From Podarcis muralis (lineage: Eukaryota), in assembly GCF_964188315.1 (NCBI RefSeq), contig NC_135656.1, forward strand, positions 72,416,001 through 72,480,000: a DNA stretch of 64,000 nucleotides, in the 5' to 3' direction. The notes below the pieces were generated by a model. The model was not told the origin of the DNA. It ran no database searches and worked only from the letters and a program-made list of their open reading frames with translations. Made by a program: the position numbers and the translations under genes. Each line of letters starts with the position of its first letter. Position 1 is the stretch's first letter. Positions 41,626-54,567 of this stretch are shown here, one piece after another.

Positions 41626-44600
41626 GAAAATTTAATGTGTGGCATGGCATTTCACATTGTGTTCTCCAGATGTGCCTGCAGAAAGGGGCTAAAGAAGGCT
41701 GAAATTTGTAAACAGTGTGTCACAATCATGACCTACCAATCAGGACAACAAGCAACCATGGAACAATGAAACAAAATATAGATAAACAGATTATAGACTT
41801 ATGCTGATTTGAGGTGTCTTGAAGTTTCTCTAGATTGCAAAAGTTTCCAAGATTAACAAAGGTGTTCAATAAGCAGCAGGTTCTCTCATGATTGCTAGAA
41901 GGATTGTTGTGCAAACTATCCTCAGATGACTGAGGATGCCTCCAGACTGTCCATATTCGGCAGAAGGGATTCAAGCACATATTGGGAAACTGAAGTTGGT
42001 GCATTCAAAATGGATTAAAGTGCTTTGTTGCCCTAGCACAGGAAATCTGCTTTTGGAAAAAGAAACGCAAGTTTTGCAGTTAGGAAAGTGATGGGGAAAT
42101 GCACTGAAAATGCAGCGAACAAACAATTAATGGGAAGGTGCAGGGCCTTTTTTTCAGCCGGAACCTGCACCTCTCATGTGGGTGCCATTGCCATCATTAG
42201 AGAAGGAGGGAGACATTCATAGTAAGATCCATCACCTCTTTCTCTGGAAAAACAGCACTGGGAATATCCTGCAAGCAAATTAGGATGAATGCTTGTTGTC
42301 ATATAAACTCCCTGTTTTGAGCAAGCAAATTGGGATGAAAAAGGCCACCTGGAGGAGCACGAAATTCAGTGCAATCAGGTTTGCACCCACAGGGCTCCTT
42401 GAGAACTGGGCTGTTGTTAGATAAGAATGAAAAGCCATAAGCGGCATAAGAATATCTGTATAAATATTGCTGATAGTGTTAAATGTTGCCTTCAGGCTGA
42501 AAAAGGTATCCATGCCCAGCCTTGATCTTTCCACCTGCCCGCTGCACCTCTTCACCCTTCAGGTAAGTGGTTTGTAGGGCAGCTCTGTACCACCATGCCA
42601 GCCACTCCTATTCCCTCCCCATCCCACCTCAGTGTAAATGCTTTAGAAATTATTACCAAATAAAACAACATTGAGGTGAAAAATTCTGACACAAGAACCA
42701 AGTGTGGGAGACTGAGCATTTCTCTCCCTCTCTCCCCCTTACTTGCTTATTTTTCATTCGTTATCATTCATATAGTAAAGTCGTTTAATGACTGAGGAGC
42801 TGCTGTCATATATCACATTTGACAGAGTAGCCATGTAGTTTGGTTCTTCTTTAGTTGTGCAAAATAACTGTGGGTGCAATGCATTTAAAGCTGAAGGGAG
42901 AACTTCAAGTTTTAATTGATAGTCCAATTCAAAGCCAGTTCCAGGTGCAATTTCAACCCCCAAGTGAAATCCTGCAGGTCCCAACTCCTGAAACACCGAC
43001 ATCTGCAGTAAGTGTCTGCAGAAGCACTTGCATCACTATGATCTGCAGTAGGTGCCTGCAAGCAACGCCCTCTTTTCATGCTCCCTCCCCTAACACCCTG
43101 GCGCAGCATCATTCTGGGACATTGTGGTGATATCAAAAGGTTGTTTTATAGTGAATTACCAAACCACTGCAGCCATTTGGTAAATTCGGAACCAGGCAAG
43201 GGGCCTTGTTCAAGTGTCAGTGGGCTGTCCGCAGCTGCCCCACCATGGTATTGCCACTGGTTCTGGAACAATGAACTAACTAAAGCTTCAGGTCACAGCT
43301 GAACTTGTTCCCATCTTCACTGTAAATTTGTGGGACTATGACTGAGGCCCACCCACCACACCAGATGCAGGCTACCCAGCCACAACAGGTCTCTTCCTTA
43401 AAGACCGCTTTCCTTCCATTTTGTACTGAAAGCTAACAGACAATTTGTATTTCGGAGCAAAAAATGGATAGCTTGCTTTCTGGCAACAGTGCTCAGCTGA
43501 AATAATTGTCGATATATTTTGACATCTGCCGCAGCAGGTGGGAATGGGGGTGAGCTTGAACTTCTTGCGATGGCCCAGAAGCTTCAGAGTCAGGAGGACC
43601 TCCCTGTCAGATGGAGACAGGTGTTGGGGAACATACCGTCTGCAGACATTACCTTCGGTCTAAGCCTGAAGCCGTGACAAATTAATGGACCAAATACAAA
43701 AGCCTCCTGGGTGAAACTGCATAATCTCCTTAAGTCAAGGAATGACTTAATAGTACTTTCTGTTGCTATTAGAGTCTTTGCCGCGAGGATCTCAGTTTAA
43801 TTAAGGCAAGCAGCAAGAATTGCAAGGTGGTCCGGAAAAACGGGTTAAACTGAATGCAGCAATAAGGAGCTCTGCGAGGAATTTAATTGCTGTTGGAAAA
43901 AAGCCAGTGCCAGCTCCAGGTCTTGAGGGGCCCTTGGGCAAGACATTCTCCATAGGCCCTTCCTCCTGCAGGGAGCCTACCTTCCCACTGCCATTGCTGG
44001 CAGATGTTCCTGCTCCTTGGCCTCATCACAGCTGTGCCACCTTCTCGCTTGCCAGAACCAATAAGCAAGCCAGCAGTTGCAGCTGCTTCCCTTCCTCCAC
44101 CTCACCACAGTCGTCGTTTGCTTGCCCATCTGGGCCACAGCAAGTGATCGAGGAACAATAAGACCAAAATAGTGAAGTCCAGAGCACTCCTGTCAGTCAA
44201 GTCATCATTGACTGTTTTGTTTTGGCTTAACACTTCGTAATTCCTCCAAGTTATTTGTAGCCAGCAGTGTACATTTTAGAAAGTTGTGCTGAATAATCCT
44301 TTGACCTGTTTTTTTCAATTTTATAATCACCATTTAAAAAATAACACATCTGTCTTCACACAGGTTGGCCACTGTGAGAACAAGATGCTGGACTAAATGG
44401 GCTGTTGGCCTGATCCAACAGCCTCTTCCTATGTAGTTATGCGCTCCTCCTCCACAAGGCTCAAGAACTGTGGGGGATTGGGAAATGGCTTTCACAGCCC
44501 AATTCAGTGTCCACTTCACCCTCTCAAACTAGTTGGGACTTGCTTCTGAGAGAATATGCATAGGGTTACCCTGTCAGTGTCAACCGACACACGATACTCT

Positions 44601-47200
44601 CCAGCAAGTTTTCCACCAGTAACATATACACCACATGGCATTCCTTACCCAACAGGTCAGATGAACCCAGAAATTAATCCCGAACTGTGCAAGTGGGTGT
44701 GATGAATCTATTGTAATGAAACCTCTAAGCCACTTATAAAAAAGCCAATCCTTTCTTTTGATGGCAAGTGGTAACTAGTCAGCTGAGTGTTGAATGTCCC
44801 AGAGGGAAGTAAGGATCTGAGTGGCATGGTAATCTAGATGAGACCAAAATAAGGATGAGTTAACCCTTTGATTTCTTGGTGTGTTGGTGGCTGAACTGCA
44901 CAGTAAGGACTTCTGACCTGCATCTGACTCCAGCCTTGACAGTGCGCATATGAACTTGGTAGGGCATCTATCATCTTTCCTCCTCTCTTTCTTCTTTTCA
45001 GCATTTCAACAAAAAACAAAACACCTGTGTATTCTGCACTGCATTGTCTTCTATAAGCTCATGTTTCCTCATCCCTCCCGCCGAGTCTCTTAATCCTCTT
45101 ATTTTATTGCATTGTTCAGGAATGGCTCAATACACTTTGCTGCCTGAGGCAAAGGATAAGATGGCATGTGTCCCACCCCCACTTGTGTGTTCAGGAGCCA
45201 ACTGGTCTTTCTTCAGTACTGGAGACAGGACAGCAGCATCCTCTTGCGCACCTGAAGGCAGCTGACTAGGCTGCAGGGCAGGCCACATGCAGCTGATGGT
45301 GATGCTGAGATGGCCTCATTCTGCTGGCACTGGTTTTTGCTGATTTTAGAGTGTGAACCTAAGGGCAGGGAATCATTACTTTTTAAAGCGCTCCGCCTGC
45401 CCTGCCACTTTCCTCTGGGAAAACCTGCTCTTTACCGCTGAATTGGAGCAAACGTCAATAGGGTTTTCTCTGGATTGATGTTTGCTCCGATTTAGCACTA
45501 AAGAGTGGATTTCCCAAGGGGAAGCGGCAAGGCAAACGCAAAACCACTCAGACCTGTGCTTTCTAGGGAAAAGAAGAAGTGTGGGCGAGCCCTAATAGTT
45601 TTAGACACTTTAGAATTTGATGGTAGTGGTGGATGAGCACATGGACAGATGTGGCTCAGGCCTGATAAAAGAGGTAATTCCCTAGTAGTGGTTTGCTGCA
45701 GAGTGCAAGCAATTGCTTTGCAGTAGACTGGTTATCTGTATTGGGCCTGCCAATTTCTTTTACTATTTATTTCTGTGTTATATTTAGCAGTCACCTCACG
45801 CTATGAGCCTCTAGGGTTCATGTACAAGAGGTTTCTGATCAGGTGAAGAAAAGTGGTGTGAGTCTCCTTTACCATTTGGCAGGAAAATCAACTGACTCCA
45901 CTCGGACACATTGCACAGTGACAGTCGGGCTGCATCTACCACCCCCAACGACCTCTGGCTCCCCTCTACCCCTACTTCCTCCCCCAATGAACTAACCTGA
46001 GTTGTGCTTTGTATGCACTCCCCACATGCCTATAATCTTTATTCAATATACTGCTTGTGCAAAATCTGCTGCTCTAATCTAATTTGTGTGCTTCATTGTG
46101 CAAACATCACATGAATGGCTTATCGCAGTGAAAGGCATATTGTAGCAGGGAATCTCGTGCTGGTATAATTAAAGGCCTGCTTGCATAGCCATTCACACCT
46201 CTGTTTGCAGGGATTTATAACTTAGCTGTACAAATGAATTCAGTCTCTACTGAAAATTGGTGTTCTTTGATCCAGAGCATGCCTGCTTTGGAAGAACTTC
46301 CCAAATGCAGGAATGGGAAATGGTCATTAAAGATAAAATAAGTTGGAGTCAGCGAGAGAGATACATCCCTGACCTCTACAACTTATTGTGACAGCAAGCA
46401 AGGCAATGTGTTCATGTGAAGCCCTTGGCATCTAGAAAAATAGGGGCCTATACTGTAATTAGAACAAAGCTTCTTTTTTTGCAGTTTCTGCTACATTGCA
46501 GCAACATGTTTAGAAGTGGGGCAGCTGAGTGGGTTACATGTTTTGATCCCAAATTTTGTTCTGAATTACTCCAAATTTATACCAATGTAACACAACACAG
46601 TTTTCCTTGGGGCCACATTCATATTGTGGCTAAAGCTGTGATCCCAATAGCACTTCTTTGAAAATTAAAATTAATGAGGCCCTTCAACTGAAGAGTAAGA
46701 ATCTGCACCACTCTGTTTGTTATTAATGTTTATTGAAAAGGCTGGAGGGAAATGATGCAATGTCAAGTTCTATTGTCAGTTGGAATCATTCTTATTTTGG
46801 TGTGGATGTTTACAGCACAACTGAGTCTAATGGGATTTACTCCCAGGTAAATGAGACTTTGTATTATGTGCACACAAGAATGCCTTTGCTTTTCCTGGTG
46901 AAATGTTGGAAGCCAGTAGAGTATGGCATCTGTTTATTACATGGATTCCTCTCTTCCTCCAAGGAGCTCAGGGCAGTGGCCTGCATAGGATTATCCCATT
47001 TTATCCTTACTACAACCCCATGAAATAAGTTAGTCTGCAAGACTGAGGCTGGTCCAAGGTCACATGTAGGCTTCAGGTCTTTGTCTTAGCTAGAATTCAA
47101 AGCCAGGTCTCCTGGACCCAGTGTGCTTTTCCCTGACTCACCTTACCATCAATGCTTCAGCACCCTCACAAACATGGCCCCTCTGGTGTGGAGTATAATA

Positions 47201-47531
47201 CAGTGGTGCCTCGCAAGACGAAATTAATCCGTTCCGCGAGTCTCTTCGTCTTGCGGTTTTTTCGTCTTGCGAAGCACGGCTATTAGCGGCTTAGCGGCTA
47301 TTAACGGCTTAGCGGCTATTAGCGGCTTAGCAGCTTAGCGGCTTAGCAGCTATTAATGGCTTAGCGGCTTTAAGAAAAAGGAAACAAACTCGCAAGAACT
47401 CGCAAGACGTTTCGTCTTGCGAAGCAAGCCCATAGGGAAATTCGTCTTGCGGAACAACTCAAAAAACGGAAAACCCTTTCGTCTTGCGCGTTTTTCGTCT
47501 TGCGAGGCATTCGTCTTGTGAGGTACCACTG
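47201..47531. mobile_element. Tc1/mariner (Tigger-like) MITE with internal minisatellite
   Basis: TA|cagtggtgcctcgc...gaggtaccactg|TA, many tcgtcttgcg repeats, and a (ttagcggc)-type repeat at ~47278-47370. Confidence 0.85.
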
Positions 47532-47789
47532 TATTGGCCAAACCTTCTAGGGCTCTTGCGGCTTTAAGCCAGCATTCTGTCTCTGGATTTCTATTCACCA
47601 TATGAAAAAGTATGATGAGCACGATGCCTTCTAAGCCAGAAATTGCTGTTGAGGGAGTTTCTTCCTTTACTATTAGCCAACTGGCACACTTCAGTCTCTC
47701 CTCACTCCTTTGCCTTCAAAGGAGAGCAATGGAACATGGCCAAGGCTAAAAGGCAGGGAGTAAAAACTGTTCATGCAGCAAGGTGTGGT

Positions 47790-48765
47790 CCTGATACCCG
47801 CATTTATGAGCTGCACCCAAGGGTACTAAAGAAATCTCAAAGCTTCTGTTTACAGTCGTTGAAAATTATTGGAAAACAGGTAAGGTCCCTGCAGACTGGA
47901 GACAGGCAAATGTCCCTATTTTTAAATAGGGTGGGGAAGAAGACCCAGTTTACTACCAACTGGGGAGCTTGACATCAATGCCAGTAAAGGTCCTAGGACA
48001 AATAATTAAACAATCTGTGAGCACCTAGAAAAGGATGCTGTGATTACTAAGACCCAGGATGGGTTTCTCAAAAGCAAGTCCCGCCAGACAAAATTCATTT
48101 CTTTTTTTGATAGAGTTACAAGCTTGGTGGATCATGGGGGTGCTGTGGACATAGTGTATCTTGATTTCAGAAAGGCTTTTGACAAAGTCCCCAATGATAT
48201 TCTTGCAAAGAAGCTGGTAAAATGTGGATTAGTTAGGTGGATTTGTAGCTTGTTGACTGACATTAATGGTTCCTCATCATCCTGGCAAAAAGTGACAAGT
48301 AGGGTGCTGCAGAACAGAGGTGGAACTAGCTGCTCCGGCACCCGGAGCGGCACACATGCTGTGCACCCAAGGGCGGGGCTAGCCACCCATGGCAAGCGTC
48401 ACAGGGAGGTGCAGCCTGCGGTGAGTGGTGAGCGTCCCAGGGGGGAGGCGTGTCAATGTTACCCCCCCATCAGGGAGGACATCCGGGGCGGGCTGCCCCC
48501 ACTGCCCCCCTTCCTCCGCCACTGCTGCGGGATACTGTCCTGTGCCCATTGTTGTTCAATGTCTTTGGATTAAGGAATTGAGGGGATGCTCATCAAATTT
48601 GCAGATAACACCAAATTGCGAGGGGTAGCTAGTGCTGCAGAAGGTAGAATTGGGGTCCAAGATGACCCTAACAGAATGGAAAACTGGGGCAAAACTAACA
48701 GAATGAATTTCACTAGGGACATATGTAAGGTTCTATACTTAATCAGGAAGAACCACCTGCACCTG
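47790..48765 (+). mobile_element. Decayed CR1 RT fragment interrupted by a MITE
   Basis: GFLKSKSRQTKFISFFDRVTSLVDHGGAVDIVYLDFRKAFDKVP and LIKFADNTKLRG. Confidence 0.88.
48315..48524. mobile_element. hAT-like MITE inserted in CR1
   Basis: Termini cagaggtggaa / ctccgccactg; 8-bp near-TSD ctgcagaa/ctgcggga splitting the CR1 sequence. Confidence 0.75.
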
Positions 48766-49650
48766 GCCTAGAGGTAAAATGCGACTCTTTGGTTAGCTTC
48801 TGGGACACTCCTGGGATCATTCCGCAGTCACACTAGCCTTCTCTATGCCCTCATTGAATGCTTTTGTCTGATTGGAATGTACCCTTGAAGTATGATTATC
48901 CCTCTTGCTTGTCTGATTGGAAGTTGGGTGTGGGTGTGTGTCTGGGTTTTGCAAGGCTGTTTGCTGCATAGCCTACTGCACAAATGCAAGAATCACATCT
49001 ATTGCTCCACCTATTTTGCCTGTGGCTCCACCCACATCCATCAAGTGGCATGTGGCCCCTGGATGTTTGCCCACAAAGGCATGTGGGGTATATTCCTATA
49101 GGAGATCAGCTAGGGAGGCATGACCAGACAGGCTGCTTTAGCTCTGAAGACCTACTATAATAATGTAAAGATGTAATAAAACTCTTGGGGGTTGTCCTGT
49201 TGTATTGTTGTAAGAAATTGTGCTATTATGATGATGTGGCTTTTCATGTTAGCAGGATCTACTTGTGCAGGATCCACCATCAGGCAATGCATGGTCTCCA
49301 GTCCACCAATGCTGAGGCAGAGGGTCTGTCATCTAATCCCACCCTATGAGGATTCCAGCAGCCCCTGGATGCTAGAGCAATGTCTCTCAGGCAAAAGAAC
49401 AGGGAGAGGAAGTCACATTGCACAGGCAGAAGACTTTGCACTAACAAGATGTCTTCCTTTGATATGACTCAAGAGTGCCCCTGAAAATGTGTAAATTCTA
49501 CGCCATTTAACTAAGGCACTGGATCTCCCTGTGCCATTGGAACGCCAAAGAAATAAGATCTCTTTGCATCAAAGAGCCTACTGAGACTGTTGTCAATTGT
49601 CCTCAGCTTCTAAACATGCAGAGGCTCTAAATATGTAGGTGTAGGGATGT

Positions 49651-50224
49651 TGTCACAGGAGCGTGCAGGCCTGTAATCACACCGTTCAAAGATGGAGTTA
49701 ACTCTTTATTAGCAAAAACATGATCTCCACAGACTTGATTGTTGGGCCTAATGAGCAGAGCAGTTCATTTCCGGTGGTCTTCCTGCATGAAAATCAGTTG
49801 CCAAGACTGAAAGTCCCTGCCTCCTTAGGGCTTTTCCCAAGAAATCAGAGACTGTGCCTTCGCGTAGCTAACTTCTCCTCTGTCCTTTTCATGCCTCTTC
49901 TCGTTCTGGGAGACAATGTGGGAGGGGAGCTTGTTGCAGCAGGAGGGGGCAAGACTCGTGACTCTTCACCAGCTTGATTCAGCTTGGTCTCCCTCCTCCC
50001 ACTCACCTGCTTCAGCTTCTGCCTCTGATTCTGGACTTCTCTATGCCACGGCCTCTCCCACCTCACTAAGCCCTGTTACTTCTTCAGCTCCTCTTCCCAG
50101 CCTTCTCCATCTTCTCCCTCTGACCCCTGTCATCCCACCACTACTCCCTGGGTTCTGAGCCTTCTTCCCTTGATGATTCCCCAGCTGGTTCCACCATTCC
50201 TCTGCTTCCAACCTGTACATGACA
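49651..50224 (-). mobile_element. Solo LTR
   Basis: TGTCA...TGACA termini, 5-bp near-TSD gatgt/gatgc, minus-strand AATAAA at 49705-49710; architecture like 32631-33135. Confidence 0.8.
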
Positions 50225-50638
50225 GATGCAAAACCTTCTTCAATGAAAAGTGACCTTAGGTTTATACTATAATCATTATGGCACCTTGACTAATACCTTG
50301 CAATGTCACAATAGGCAATTACACAGCAAAGATGGGGAACCTGTGGCCCTCCAGCTCCCACCACCCTCAGCCTGCATGGCCAATGGTCAGAGATTATGGG
50401 AGTTGCAGTCCAGCAAGCCTAGACAGTCACTGGTTCCCCATCCCTGTACTGTAGCAATATGAGGGCACTGCCAAAACTGACACACTGGTGCCAGGATTTA
50501 GGACTGCAATATTCGCAGTCGAGTTTCCTGAAGTAACTACAATACTTTTAGTAGAGCAAAGTGAAACATGCTTAAAAGGCTTCTCCAACAGGCTAGAAAG
50601 AAAACATTGCAATGTTTTGTTTATATTTAAAAATATCA

Positions 50639-50644
50639 TTTATT
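50639..50644 (-). terminator. Candidate distal CISH polyadenylation signal (AATAAA)
   Basis: Minus-strand AATAAA followed downstream by a U/GU-rich tract. It would give a ~2.4 kb 3' UTR. A proximal AATAAA also lies at 52982-52987. Confidence 0.4.
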
Positions 50645-51945
50645 GTATTTTGTTGTTGTTTTTAAATATATTCTCTGTTCTCATTCATATGCCCTTGCTC
50701 AGTCTGTCACAGTGAACAGGAACAAGGGAGAGCAACAAACCAGACATCACACAGGCACACATTCTCTGTCAGTCATCAAAGTATCCAAAATAAAACTAGA
50801 AATACAAAAGAAATCCAGGCAGAGGGGTTAGGGGGACACAAAAAGAAACAGACGTTAGCTAAATATCCCAGGTCATGTTGGATTAGCAATGGGAGCAGAA
50901 GGTTTGATAGATCTTTCAAATTACTCTGTAGAACTTGTCCACATGGTGCCCTTCAGCCATTTTGGACCACAGCATACATCAGCCCCAGCCAGCACAGCTG
51001 TTGGCTGACGGTGGATGTAGTCCAAAATCCTTTGGAAAGCTTTTGGTTGGTCAAGCCTGTTTTAAGGTGGGGACGGGGATATTGTGGCTCTCCAATGTGT
51101 TGTTGGATACCAGCCCCATCAGAAATGACCCGACAGTCAAGGATTATGGGAGCTGTGGTTCAACAATACATGGAGGGCTCCAGGTTCCCCATCTCTGATG
51201 CAAAGGGGCCTTTGCCCTACCTGAATCTCAGTCTCTTGACATAGCAGAAATTTCTCGTCTCCAGCTCAGCTCTAGGCTTATGGGGAAAGTGTGTCCATCA
51301 TTGTCCTGAGGATTTAGATATATAATGAGAGACCAACCACTGTAGTTTGAATGTACAAATCATCTGCCCCCAGTGATCAGGTCACAAGACTGAGGAAGGC
51401 AGAATGAATGCCAAGCTTGTTATCTTGGCCCAGGCGCAGCAAATTCTGGGGTCTTGGGCACCACCAGCTCCTTAAGAAATAGAAAGTGTGCTGGAGTTGC
51501 CTGGATATGGTACCCCAGATGGAAGCTGGGGTAACACTTGATTGCTTCTTTCTCCCTCTCCCTTCCCCATATACAAGGATCAGAATAAAAGTGGATTAAG
51601 TGTCCACAGGCAAACTTTAGGGAAGCAAAAAAAAAAAAAAAAAAAAAAGGAAAAAAAGAGGTACATTAAAGTTTAAAATTTTTTGATTTCACTACGTTAT
51701 TCAAAAAGCAACTATCCACTTCAACCTACGAGTCAAGCTACCCCTAGCCAATGAGGTAGTGAATAACAACAGAATCCAGCTCTTTCTGAAGCCGCATGGT
51801 GCTAAACAAAGCAGTGACATAAAAACTTAAGAACCAACTGGTTGGCGGTGCTATTGGGATGGAAGAAAGGTACCCTGTTTTCTGCTGGGCTCCTTCCCCC
51901 AAAGGAAGGAAGGAAGGAAGGAATAAATATATAAATATATGTATA

Positions 51946-52204
51946 GAAGTTTGCCAGCGTGGTGTAGTGGTTAAGAGCGGTGGTCACGTAATCTGGGGAA
52001 CCGGGTTCGCGTCCCTGCTCCCCCACATGCAGCTGCTGGGTGACCTTGGGCCAGTCACACTTCTTTGAAGTCTCTCAGCCCCACTCACCTCACAGAGTGT
52101 TTGTTGTGGGGGAGGAAGGGAAAGGAGAATGTTAGCCGCTTTGAGACTCCTTAAAGGGAGTGAAAGGCGGGATATCAAATCCAAACTCTTCTTCTTCTTC
52201 TTCT
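51946..52204 (+). mobile_element. Squam3-like tRNA/CORE SINE with (CTT)n tail
   Basis: A box tggtgtagtgg, B-box-like ggttcgcgtccc, core gtgaccttgggccagtcac, tail (ctt)n. Confidence 0.8.
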
Positions 52205-53062
52205 ATGTCTGAGTACTGTAGGTGGGATCACCCCACCAAGACAAATGCTTCAGCCCCATGCAGAATGTACTCAGGAGCCTTCACTGTGTTATTTTTTTAA
52301 AAAGCAAATCAAGAGTCAAAAATATGCTCATTTGTCCGAGCCCAATAGGCTTGTTTGGGAGGGAAGGAAGTATTCTGTGTGCTACGATGATGGGACCTGA
52401 AGTCTAGATGTTGACAGCTGACTAGAGCCAACCTTTCATGGGCTTCCAATGGCATCTGGGTACGAATGCACTATCATAGATTAAGGAGAAGGCTACAGCA
52501 AGACAACTTAACTGGTCGATATTCAAAGTCCCCCAAGGGTTACTATGGATAGCTACAAGTTTGTTTGAAAAAGAAGCAAACGTAGTAATAATAATAGTAG
52601 TAGTAGTAATCTATATCATACCTAGTAGTAGTGAAAAAGAATAAAAGCTACCATGGATATAAATAATGACAGTAACAATGCTTCGACATTCCCGGTGTGA
52701 TGGTGACTCTGAAATTCAAGTAGTGTGCACATGCCAAGTGTGTTTTCCTCAAAGACAAAGTCAGAAAATAAAGAGAAGCTCTGAGGTTTGGGCACTGGAA
52801 TGGCCACAATTCCAGCACCTCCTCCTTGGCACAGGAATGGAATTAGGATAGCTGGGGAGAAAATAGGGTATAATGGACGCCATCTCTTCTGCTGGCCGTT
52901 AACTTACTGTGCCCACTTAAAATAATACCACACCATGTCAGTGGGACAAAGCCCCATCACTGTCCCATCAGGTTTTTAATTTTTATTTTATGTATATAGT
53001 TTTTGTTTTTTTTTAAAAAAAAATGCTTCTATAGTCTGTCTTGGGGCAAACCAGCAGCGCCC

Positions 53063-53559
53063 TCAAAGCTGGAAAGGGTACTGTTTCAAATAGTCATTCA
53101 TTCTCTTTGGTAGAGGCAACTGGTCTGTCTCGGCAGTCGACCGGTTGATCCGTAGCCTGCAGAAGTGCTGGAGGCTAGGAGGGCTGTCCCTGTGCTTGAG
53201 AGGCTGGATGAGTTTCAGGTGCACGGCCGAGACCTCCTTCTGCATAGGAGGCAAAGGCATGGGAGGCGGGTAAGGTGCGTCCGTTTTGCTCTCCACGGTG
53301 CAGGAAAGAACGTAATGTTGGATCAGGCTGACCACGTCCGGGAAGGTCAGAATGCGAGGCTTGGAGAGGCAGTTTGAGTCTAGCCGGAACTTGCTGTCGG
53401 CATATTCGATGCGCACGTTGGTGGGGCCTCGGTTGGTCTTGACTGAGAGGGTGAACAAGTAGCTGGGGTGAGTGCTGTCCCGTACCAGGAAAGTCCCCTC
53501 GGGCATCTTCTGGAGCTGCTGCTTGGCTTCGCTGGCTGTGATAGAGCCCCAGTACCAGC
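53063..53559 (-). CDS. CISH: CISH coding exon 3 (SH2 domain and SOCS box, to TGA)
   Basis: Acceptor ctctcttctag|GC TGG TAC TGG. Encodes [53 protein letters not shown] (SH2) and [12 protein letters not shown]...[18 protein letters not shown] (SOCS box). Total CDS is 744 nt = 247 aa + stop. Confidence 0.98.
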
Positions 53560-54340
53560 CTAGAAGAGAGGCAGAGAGATAAGAAAAACATAGAAGAAAA
53601 AGTACAAACTTGTCAAAGAATAATAGGGTTGTGGAAGGGACCTGGAGATCCTCTATTCCAACCCCCTGCTCAGTGCAGGGTCTGCAACAGGGTTTCCCAA
53701 ACTTGGGTTTTAAGCTGCTTTTGGACAACAACTCCCATCATCCCTAGGTAGCAGGGCCAGTAGTCAGGGATGATGGGAACTGTAGTCCAAAAACAGCTGG
53801 AGACCCAAGTTTAGAAAACCCTGATCTATGATCATAACGGAAAGCAATACAGGGAAAGGAGATGTATTTGTTTACTACTGCACACTGCAGTACGTTCACG
53901 GTGGCTTCTATGGGATTTCCCCACTTATCCAGGCTGACAGTCTAAGGCAGCCTTGTGGCTGAATATGGATTTGAATCCAGATCCCATTTTCCCAAGCTGG
54001 ACCCTCTACCCGCTAGCCCACATGGTAAGTCCCAATGAGCTAAGCAGGGATTCATGGTGTAGTGCTGCAGGTCCAGCCTCCCCAAGCCAGCTTTTCAGAA
54101 GAACATGGCGCCATTTGCCTGGCTGCACTGAGATCTAATGAAAAGCCAACCAGTTCTCAAGGCCCATAATGCCCTTCTGAACTGTCGCCACTGCCACCCA
54201 TTGGTGTGTCATCCATATCTCCACTGCAAGCAGCTTTCAACATTGTTGCCCATCAACCGCAGGAATGCTTCCACTTCCTAGTTATTTGCACCTCTAGCAC
54301 ACATGGCACGCTCCACTACCGAGTCTCCGAGGGCTCTTAC

Positions 54341-54567
54341 CAGATTCCCGCAGATATGAAAATGTTTTGGCAATGCATAGCAGATCCTCTTCTGGGTCTC
54401 GTGCTTGAGGCGGGCTGTTGTCCGGTGTGGGCGCCACGAAGGGTGGAGCAGGCTCTTCTTGGAAAGGTGTGACTGACAGAGGCTGCATGACTTGCTCTGA
54501 CAGATTCGCTGCAAGGCCCCCAAGCGATAGGCTCCTGATCTTCTCCTCTGCCAGCAAAGGATGGGAT
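54341..54567 (-). CDS. CISH: CISH coding exon 2 (SHPLLAEEKI...DPEEDLLCIAKTFSYLRES)
   Basis: Acceptor cccttcctttcag| at 54568 and donor |gtaag at 54340; 227 nt, frame-consistent with both neighbours. Contains the CISH-diagnostic DPEEDLLCIAKTFSYLRESG. Confidence 0.96.

Noticed and set aside
42754-43002. 82-aa minus ORF (FQELGPAGFHLGVEIAPG...)
   Set aside because: No recognised homology or exon boundaries; length is within chance expectation.
53150-53180. SOCS box reads SLQHFCRL instead of the usual SLQHLCRL
   Set aside because: The key BC-box Leu and Cys are intact, and Phe at this position occurs in other SOCS proteins (mouse SOCS2, from memory), so it is unlikely to be functionally novel.
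53560-53731. N-terminal part of the 222-aa ORF 53063-53731
   Set aside because: Intron 2 read-through (MITE and CR1-tail sequence) upstream of the true acceptor at 53560.
54456-54464. GAS motif within CISH exon 2
   Set aside because: Explained by the codons TTC CAA GAA (FQE); no independent evidence of a regulatory role.
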